DNA from: Bacteroidales bacterium
Lineage (GTDB): Bacteria; Bacteroidota; Bacteroidia; Bacteroidales; UBA932
DNA: 64,000 bases
Direction of reading: 5' to 3'
Assembly: GCA_017552105.1 (NCBI GenBank)
Contig: JAFZJI010000057.1
Coordinates: forward strand, 4,150-68,149
This document shows positions 57,268-64,000 of this stretch, piece after piece. How positions within the stretch are numbered: the stretch's first letter is position 1; each line of letters starts with the position of its first letter. Under the pieces are notes generated by a model. It was not told the origin of the DNA, ran no database searches, and was given only the letters and a program-made list of their open reading frames with translations. A program made the position numbers and the translations under genes.

Positions 57268-58719
57268 CTATTTTTCGGGAATATCCTCAAGCACGGCTAC
57301 AAGGAAGTCCCAAGCTTTCTGCACCGAAGGGATGTAGCAGCGCTCATCCGGGGAGTGGGGGCTCTTGAGGGTAGGACCGAAGGAAATCATGTCCAGACCA
57401 GGATAGATGCCTCCGATTATGCCGCACTCGAGACCTGCATGGATAGCCATGACTTCGGGTTCCTTGCCGTAAAGCTTCTTGTAGGAAGACTTCATCACGC
57501 GAAGTATCTGGCTCTTGTCATCCGGTGCCCAGCCTGAGTATCCGCCCACGAACCTGGTCTTGATTCCGGCATTGTTGAGAACCGCCGCGATCTTGCGGGA
57601 AAGGGCCACTTTGGCGCTGTCGATGAAGCTGCGCATCAGGGTGACCACGGAGACCTTTCCATCGGCAATCTTTACGATAGCGAGGTTGTTGGAAGTTTCA
57701 ACGGTGCCGCTCATGGTCTGGGACATACGCTCCACCCCGTCGGGGCAGGCCAAAATGGCGTTGACGATGGCGCGGGCCTCGTCATCTTTCACGTAAGCTT
57801 TGCGGACGTCGGTGGGAGTGAACATTATCTTCATGTCGGGATCGGTATGGCGGAACTCGTCGAAGATCTCGCGTCCGGCCTTGGTGACCACGCGGGCGAC
57901 CTTGGCAGGATCCTTAACGTAGAGGAGGACATCCGCCTCGCGAGGGATGGCGTTACGCATGTTTCCGCCCGTGAACTCCACAAGCTTGCTGTCGGTCTTG
58001 GCGAGGATAAGATCCACCAGGCGAGCTGCGATGCGGTTGGCGTTTGCGCGGCAGAGGATGATATCCATTCCGGAATGGCCTCCCTGGCATCCCTTCACCT
58101 GGAGGGAATAGGCCTCGTAGCCTGCAGGGCGGCGGACCTTGGTGTATTTACCATAGCCTTCGGTATCCATGCCGCCGGCGCATCCCACATAGAGCTCGCC
58201 TTCGGTCTCGGAATCGAGGTTCACAAGTATCTGCCCCTTCAGCACGCCGGGCTTCAAGGCGTTTGCACCGGTCATACCGGTTTCTTCATCGTAAGTAATG
58301 AGAATTTCGACGGGGCCATGCTTGAGGTCCTTGCTCTCGGCCACCGCCATTGCCATTGCCACGCCCATGCCGTCGTCGGCACCGAGGGTGGTTCCTTTGG
58401 CCTTTACCCACTCACCGTCGATCCAAGTTTCGATGGGATCGGTGAGAAAGTCGTGCTTTACGTCGTTGTTCTTCTGGGGAACCATGTCCATGTGGCCCTG
58501 GAGTATGACCGTCTTGCGGTTCTCATAGCCCGGGGTTGCAGGCACTTTCATTATCACATTACCTGTGGCATCCGCAAATGTCTCCACGCCATGGCTCTTG
58601 CCCCAATCGAGAAGGAAGGCGCGGACCTTCTCCTCGTGCTTGGAAGGACGGGGCTGACGTGTTAGCTGGTAGAAATTATTCCATACGTTTGCGGGTTTGA
58701 GATCTTTTATACTTGACAT
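57268..58719 (-). CDS. pepD: Aminoacyl-histidine dipeptidase (M20C)
   Basis: PRPSKHEE, LQGHMDMV, TTLGADDG, DEETGMTGA, IHAGLECG, HSPDE. Confidence 0.95.
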   Translation of the reverse strand: MSSIKDLKPANVWNNFYQLTRQPRPSKHEEKVRAFLLDWGKSHGVETFADATGNVIMKVPATPGYENRKTVILQGHMDMVPQKNNDVKHDFLTDPIETWIDGEWVKAKGTTLGADDGMGVAMAMAVAESKDLKHGPVEILITYDEETGMTGANALKPGVLKGQILVNLDSETEGELYVGCAGGMDTEGYGKYTKVRRPAGYEAYSLQVKGCQGGHSGMDIILCRANANRIAARLVDLILAKTDSKLVEFTGGNMRNAIPREADVLLYVKDPAKVARVVTKAGREIFDEFRHTDPDMKIMFTPTDVRKAYVKDDEARAIVNAILACPDGVERMSQTMSGTVETSNNLAIVKIADGKVSVVTLMRSFIDSAKVALSRKIAAVLNNAGIKTRFVGGYSGWAPDDKSQILRVMKSSYKKLYGKEPEVMAIHAGLECGIIGGIYPGLDMISFGPTLKSPHSPDERCYIPSVQKAWDFLVAVLEDIPEK

Positions 58720-58728
58720 GACTGTATG

Positions 58729-59727
58729 TTATTTTGTTTTATAAACAGGATATGCGGCTACGATGCCGAGCTGATAGACGGGAACACGGGTCTGCAGGAG
58801 GGTGCTGATGCCGTCCGTAAGACGGACGCCGCACACTGCGGGGATGCGGTAGTTCACGACCTGGACGGGCTTGTTCTTGCTGTCCACGGGAGGTGCCGGA
58901 GCCACATTCTCGACGGTGAGCTGCACGAAATAGGGCTTGCCGGACACGTTGTCGGCAGGCACCAGGCCTTCTTCGTCGGAAAGGCGGAACGCAACGTAGG
59001 TCTGATTGTTCTTGGCTGTGGGAATAACCTCGAATGATGCAGACTGGGAACTGTACTCGCTGACACCGGTGAAAAGGGTCAGATAATCCTGCTCGAGCTT
59101 GTTGAGGGCGTCGATGGTGGCCTTCATGGCCTCGCCGCTGTAGGTGGCGTCGGTATCGCCTACCAGGATCTTATATTTGTTCTCGCGTATCTCGAATATC
59201 TTGTCGGCGATTTCCTTGGCCTTGTCCTCCGTGCTCTTCTCCACTACCACCCGCTGGTGCACGGTGCGGTTGTCGGCCTCGTAAAGGGTGTTGGTGCGCT
59301 CCGTCAGGTTTGCCGGAATACCCTTCCCGGAAAATCCCGTACCACCCTTGCCCACGGGATATTTCCATCCCTTGTCGGGGGTGTAGGAACCTGCGGGGCC
59401 GGAAACCAGTCCCTGGCTCGTGAGCTGGAGGAAAAGAGGCTGGCTCTGGGCGTTCAGCACGTAAGTATAGCGCACGCTCTGGTCGGCTTCCACCGCCGGA
59501 AACAGCTTGACGGACGTAACGGTGAAGGAGACTTTGTCGTAGAGCTCGGCGCTCACGCCAAGGTACTTCTGGGCATAGCGGGCATATGGCCCGGCATAGA
59601 AAGTTTCTTTCTGGGCTTCGACGCTGAAGACAAGCACCGTCTGGGGCATCGAATAAGACACCGTACCCTGAGCCCGGACGAGCTGGGGCAGCAGCATCAC
59701 TGCGATGATGAATATCAACTTCTTCAT
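58729..59727 (-). CDS. DUF4831-family protein
   Basis: Signal peptide; YSMPQT, GPYARYAQKYLG, EKS.EDKAKEIA..IFEIR, YRIPA, VYQLG. Confidence 0.75.
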   Translation of the reverse strand: MKKLIFIIAVMLLPQLVRAQGTVSYSMPQTVLVFSVEAQKETFYAGPYARYAQKYLGVSAELYDKVSFTVTSVKLFPAVEADQSVRYTYVLNAQSQPLFLQLTSQGLVSGPAGSYTPDKGWKYPVGKGGTGFSGKGIPANLTERTNTLYEADNRTVHQRVVVEKSTEDKAKEIADKIFEIRENKYKILVGDTDATYSGEAMKATIDALNKLEQDYLTLFTGVSEYSSQSASFEVIPTAKNNQTYVAFRLSDEEGLVPADNVSGKPYFVQLTVENVAPAPPVDSKNKPVQVVNYRIPAVCGVRLTDGISTLLQTRVPVYQLGIVAAYPVYKTK

Positions 59728-59731
59728 AGTG

Positions 59732-60658
59732 TTATTTCCATCTTTTATGCGTCCAGAGATAGTTCCAGGGCTGATCCTGTATGTCTTTCTCCAGTTCCGC
59801 GTAGTATTTGACCATGATCTGTTCCGGGGTAAGGCCGGAAGCATCCGGGAAGAGCGGCACGAGTTCGAGATCATAGCCTCCCTCGCGTTCCTTCCAGCGG
59901 AGATAGCTCACGCTCATCCCGAACTTGCATGCAAGAGTCGCGCCACCGGTCATAGCCAAAGTGTCCTGATTCAGGAACTTACCTATAGCATGCTTGGTAG
60001 CGATCCCGTAAGGATACTGGTCGGTGGGGAATATGTAGATGAACTTCTCCCTCCTGTGGGAGATGGCGAAACGGAACACCTCGGTAGCCTCCAGATAGCC
60101 GTGGAAGCCGGTGTCCTTTATGGAATTGCAGCGATTGTCGGCGATTACCCTGTCCCAGAGCTTGCTCTTGAGCTGGCGGTAGACCACTCCGATTTCGGAA
60201 AAGTCGGACTTGTAGGGAACGTCGGTGTGGTTGTAGCTGAAATAACCGCCGAGGAGCTCCCAGTTACCGCAGTGGCTGGACAGGACCATCATGTTTGTAC
60301 TGTTCTCGTAAACCTCGTTGAAGACCTCGGGGTTCACCATGTCCACCAGGTTGGAATCGTTGAGACGCTTGCGGCCGCGGGCATTCTTGCATCCGCCGAA
60401 CCAGATGGCCTCCCCTATTATGTTGCCCAGATGCCTGTACGACTTGTCGGCGATACGGGTGATTTCCTTGTATTTAAGTTCCGGAAAACTGCGGGAAAGG
60501 TTGGTCATCACGACATCGCGCCTGTAGTGTATGACACTGCGCAGGAGCCAGCCCATCGCACGGCCCATCGCCCTGTGGAAACCAAGGGGCAGACGGGCGA
60601 ACAAGCCCAGCACAGCCTCGACCAGCACTACTCCTACGGATTTTTTCTCTTGTTGCAT
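59732..60658 (-). CDS. Lipid A late acyltransferase (LpxL/HtrB family)
   Basis: YRRDVV..NL..SFPE, HCGNWE, DQYP, LEKDI..QP..YLWTHKRWK. Confidence 0.9.
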   Translation of the reverse strand: MQQEKKSVGVVLVEAVLGLFARLPLGFHRAMGRAMGWLLRSVIHYRRDVVMTNLSRSFPELKYKEITRIADKSYRHLGNIIGEAIWFGGCKNARGRKRLNDSNLVDMVNPEVFNEVYENSTNMMVLSSHCGNWELLGGYFSYNHTDVPYKSDFSEIGVVYRQLKSKLWDRVIADNRCNSIKDTGFHGYLEATEVFRFAISHRREKFIYIFPTDQYPYGIATKHAIGKFLNQDTLAMTGGATLACKFGMSVSYLRWKEREGGYDLELVPLFPDASGLTPEQIMVKYYAELEKDIQDQPWNYLWTHKRWK

Positions 60659-60755
60659 AGTTCACAAATATAGCCAAAATCGGGAAAAAGCACTTCCAAA
60701 ATCCCTCATTTTTATTATATTTGTAAGAATTTGAAAACTGTTTAACAATTAAAAT

Positions 60756-62279
60756 ATGTTCAAAGGTCAACCGAAAGGTCTCTTCGCCCTTGCCCTCGCC
60801 AACACCGGCGAGCGCTTCGGCTACTACACAATGATTGCCGTTTTCGCCCTCTTCCTTCGCGCCAACTTCGGCCTGGAAGCAGGTACGGCAGGTCTCATCT
60901 ATAGCGCATTCCTGATGCTGGTCTACTTCTTCCCCCTTCTCGGAGGTATTTTGGCAGACAAGTTCGGATTCGGTAAGATGGTCACCTCCGGCATCATCGT
61001 AATGTTTCTTGGATATCTGTTATTGAGCGTTCCTCTCGGCGGCGGAACCGTCGCCCTGGTGGCCATGCTGGCAGCGTTGCTGCTTATCGGCTTCGGAACC
61101 GGCTTGTTCAAAGGCAACCTCCAGGTCATGGTGGGCGACTTGTACAACGAGCCCCAATATGCCGATAAGCGCGACTCCGGCTTCTCCCTCTTCTACATGG
61201 CCATCAACATCGGCGCCCTCTTCGCACCTACCGCGGCAATCAAGATCCGCGAGTGGGGCATCAGCCTGGGCTTCGACGGCAACGCAGCCTACCACTTCTC
61301 TTTCGCGGTAGCATGCGTTTCCCTCATCGTTTCCATAGCCATCTATTACGCGTTCCGCAACTGGTTCAAGCATGTGGAAGGCGGCCATGCAAAGGGAGAG
61401 AAGGCACAGGTAGTGGATACCCTCACCCCCGAACAGACAAAAAAACGTATGGTTGCCCTTTTCCTGGTGTTCGCAGTGGTCATCTTCTTCTGGATGTCCT
61501 TCCACCAGAACGGCCTTACGCTCACTTACTTTGCCGATGAATTCACCGAGCGCAGCTCCTCCGGGCTCGCCTCCATGCCTTTCAACGTATGGAACCTGGT
61601 AGCCGTGATTGCAATCGTGTATGCCCTCTTCTCCGTCTTCGACAAAGAAACCAGCCAGAAAGGGAAATACATCGGTGTCGGAGTGGTAGCACTCGCCTGC
61701 GCGTATCTGGTATGGCAGTACAACCGCCTCAGCGGCTCCGTAGCCATCAGCGCCCCTATCTTCCAACACTTCAACCCCTTCTACGTGGTTGCCCTCACCC
61801 CCGTGTCCATGGCTATCTTCGGAGCCCTGGCCAAGAAGGGCAAAGAGCCCTCTGCACCCCGTAAGATCGCTTACGGCATGTTGGTCGCAGCAGTCGCCTT
61901 CGCCCTCATGACCTTCGCATCTCTCGGCCTCAACACGCCCGACGTACAGGCAGCAGCCCGCGAAGCCGGTATGCCCGAAACTCTCGTTTCCCCTTACTGG
62001 CTCATCTCCGTATACCTCATACTCACCTTTGGTGAACTCCTGCTCAGCCCTATGGGCATCTCCTTCGTCTCGAAGGTTGCTCCTCCCAAGTACAAGGGCA
62101 TGATGATGGGTATGTGGTTCGTTGCCACCGCCTTGGGTAATTTCCTGGTTCAGGTTGGTGGTCATCTTTGGGGTAACATACCTCTCTGGGTGGTCTGGGC
62201 AGTATTCCTCGGAGTATGTGTCGTCAGCGCCATCTTCATGTTCACTATGATGAAAAAACTCGAGGCTGCCACAGCCTGA
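60756..62279 (+). CDS. POT/PTR-family di/tripeptide:H+ symporter
   Basis: GERFGYY, GGILAD, GTGLFKGN, FYMAINIG, GELLLSPMG. Confidence 0.93.
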   Translation: MFKGQPKGLFALALANTGERFGYYTMIAVFALFLRANFGLEAGTAGLIYSAFLMLVYFFPLLGGILADKFGFGKMVTSGIIVMFLGYLLLSVPLGGGTVALVAMLAALLLIGFGTGLFKGNLQVMVGDLYNEPQYADKRDSGFSLFYMAINIGALFAPTAAIKIREWGISLGFDGNAAYHFSFAVACVSLIVSIAIYYAFRNWFKHVEGGHAKGEKAQVVDTLTPEQTKKRMVALFLVFAVVIFFWMSFHQNGLTLTYFADEFTERSSSGLASMPFNVWNLVAVIAIVYALFSVFDKETSQKGKYIGVGVVALACAYLVWQYNRLSGSVAISAPIFQHFNPFYVVALTPVSMAIFGALAKKGKEPSAPRKIAYGMLVAAVAFALMTFASLGLNTPDVQAAAREAGMPETLVSPYWLISVYLILTFGELLLSPMGISFVSKVAPPKYKGMMMGMWFVATALGNFLVQVGGHLWGNIPLWVVWAVFLGVCVVSAIFMFTMMKKLEAATA

Positions 62280-62283
62280 TATT

Positions 62284-63018
62284 ATGGACCAAGCAATTGC
62301 CGACAAACTTCTGCTCTGGGCAGAACGCTACAATAACCCGAAGTATTTCGAGGAAGACCCTATAGCATTCCCCAGACGCTTCTGCGACATGATGACCACC
62401 ATCCAGCCCGTGCTCGGTTTCGAGGGCGGGGAATGGCGGCCTTGCCTGCAGGACGTGGAGATTGCGGCAGTTTTCGCCGCCCACCTCGCCTGGGGCAGGC
62501 GCGCAATGATAGTGCGCGACTGCAGCCGCCTTTTCGACGAGATGATGTGGCATCCCTACGACTATGTCATGGCCGGTGATTGGAGGAACGACAATTCCTC
62601 CATCCACCGCACCGTGAAGTGGAAGGAGATTGCCGCCATCTGCCGCAGGCTCAAGGATTTCTATTCCCAGGCCGATACCCTGGAATCCCTTTCCGTGGAC
62701 GAGATCCGCACCCGCATCTTCGGCCAGAAGGCCGATCCCAAAGCTCCCAACAAGAAGATTTGGATGATGCGCAGATGGATGGTCCGCGACGATGGGAAGG
62801 TGGATCTCGGGCTCTGGAAGAACAGCGACAAACGCGACCTGGTCATCCCCCTCGACGTACATGTGTACCGTCAGGCCGCGGATCTGGGGCTTACCTCCCG
62901 CAAATCGAAGGATATAGTCACGGCCCGCGATATTACCGATTCATTCCGGGAGCTTTTCCCGGACGATCCTGCGAAGGGCGATTTTGCGCTCTTCGGATAT
63001 GGAGTTAACAATGCCTAG
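62284..63018 (+). CDS. DUF2400/TIGR02757-family protein
   Basis: DPIAFP, EIAA...LAWGRR, RWMVR...VDLGLW, IPLDVHV, DPAKGDFALFGYG. Confidence 0.88.
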   Translation: MDQAIADKLLLWAERYNNPKYFEEDPIAFPRRFCDMMTTIQPVLGFEGGEWRPCLQDVEIAAVFAAHLAWGRRAMIVRDCSRLFDEMMWHPYDYVMAGDWRNDNSSIHRTVKWKEIAAICRRLKDFYSQADTLESLSVDEIRTRIFGQKADPKAPNKKIWMMRRWMVRDDGKVDLGLWKNSDKRDLVIPLDVHVYRQAADLGLTSRKSKDIVTARDITDSFRELFPDDPAKGDFALFGYGVNNA

Positions 63019-63598
63019 AATGTACATCATCTCCGGTTGCAATGGCTCCGGAAAGACAACGGCCTCCTACACCCTCCTCCCGGAGATGCTGGAGTGCAGC
63101 CAGTTCGTGAATTCCGATGAGTTCGCGAAGAGCCTTTCGCCATTCAACCCGGCGGAAGCTTCGGTTACGGCCAGCCGTTACATGCTGCGCAAGATATATT
63201 ACCTGCTGGAAAACAACATGGACTTCAGCGTGGAGACCACGCTTGCCACCAGGTCGCTGCTCGGGATCATCAACGATGCCAAATCCAGGGGCTACATGGT
63301 GAGCATACTGTATTTCTGGCTGAAATCCCCCGAACTGGCCATAGCCAGGGTAAAGAACCGCGTGGCGGCAGGAGGGCACAACATCCCCGAGGACGTGCTG
63401 CGCAGGCGTTACTACATGGGCCTCAACTACTTCTTCGAGACCTACGCGCCCATCTGCGACCGCTGGCTTCTGGCAGACAATTCCTCGGAACCTCTCACCA
63501 TAGTTGCAGAAGGCTCTCCGAAGGGTGTCAACATCAAGGATCAGGAGAAATACGACCTGATTTACAAACTGGCCTATACCGATGAAAACGAAAAATGA
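63011..63598 (+). CDS. Zeta-toxin-like P-loop ATPase/kinase
   Basis: ISGCNGSGKTT, FVNSDE, VETTLA, RV..RV..GGHNIPE...RRRY, DNS. Confidence 0.85.
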   Translation: MPRMYIISGCNGSGKTTASYTLLPEMLECSQFVNSDEFAKSLSPFNPAEASVTASRYMLRKIYYLLENNMDFSVETTLATRSLLGIINDAKSRGYMVSILYFWLKSPELAIARVKNRVAAGGHNIPEDVLRRRYYMGLNYFFETYAPICDRWLLADNSSEPLTIVAEGSPKGVNIKDQEKYDLIYKLAYTDENEK

Positions 63599-64000
63599 TT
63601 ATCTGAACCTGTTCGGCGTGAGTTCCGCGCAGCTTCGGGCCTTGGTCGCCGAGGGAATGAAGAGTGGAGGAGATTGGTGCGACCTGTTCTTCGAGGACAC
63701 TTCGTACGGTGAGCTCGTGCTCCGCGACGGTAAGGTCAGTTCCGGAGGTTCCCACATAGATTACGGCTGCGGCGTACGCGTACTGAAAGGCGAAAAGACA
63801 GGCTATGCCTATGCCGAAAGCACCGAGTTGCCGGCTCTGATGACCGCCGCCCGCAAGGCATCCGTCATTGCCGCGGCATCTGCCCGGGCCGATAAGAGCA
63901 CCCGGCCGGCCGTGCAGCCCGTTCCGGCAGGCAATTACTATCGTATGAACGAGGACTGGCGCTTGTCCGAAGCCGCCCGCTTCGTGCCCGTGCTGCAGAA
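63582..64000 (+). CDS. tldD: TldD/PmbA-family metalloprotease (partial, runs off the window)
   Basis: MKTKNDYL...GGDWCDLFFED...DGKV...DYGCGVRVLKGEKTGYAY. Confidence 0.85.
   Translation, partial: MKTKNDYLNLFGVSSAQLRALVAEGMKSGGDWCDLFFEDTSYGELVLRDGKVSSGGSHIDYGCGVRVLKGEKTGYAYAESTELPALMTAARKASVIAAASARADKSTRPAVQPVPAGNYYRMNEDWRLSEAARFVPVLQ

Overview
A 64-kb chromosomal window from a high-GC Bacteroidales bacterium, judged from TAnnTTTG -7 promoters, SusC, type V pilus genes and the parA-parB-DUF5683-mltD cluster. Most of it is housekeeping: obgE, gdhA, adk, hpt, murF, dut, tgt, secA, fabD, nifJ, parE, rpsF-rpsR-rplI, nrdDG, pepD and tldD, plus tRNA-Gly(CCC), tRNA-Arg(CCG) and a 56-aa ferredoxin missed by the ORF track. 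No CRISPR array, transposase, integrase or reverse transcriptase was seen. Points worth follow-up: (1) an operon with a tail-less SSB overlapping five type V pilus-like lipoprotein genes, divergent from a Zn-ribbon protein, which shares upstream motifs with a ComEA-like gene (speculative DNA-uptake regulon); (2) an unannotated ~75-nt sRNA candidate whose single-stranded part is antisense to a translation-initiation sequence, with a 13-nt match upstream of the nearby acyl-CoA synthetase; (3) an in-frame palindromic/REP-like insertion in murF with a sister copy between nrdD and nrdG; (4) an orphan 3' fragment of V-type ATPase subunit K at the junction with a SusC locus; (5) a receiver-domain/dikinase-like protein coupled to gdhA; (6) several apparently leaderless genes. 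Family assignments come from motif recognition by eye, not database searches.
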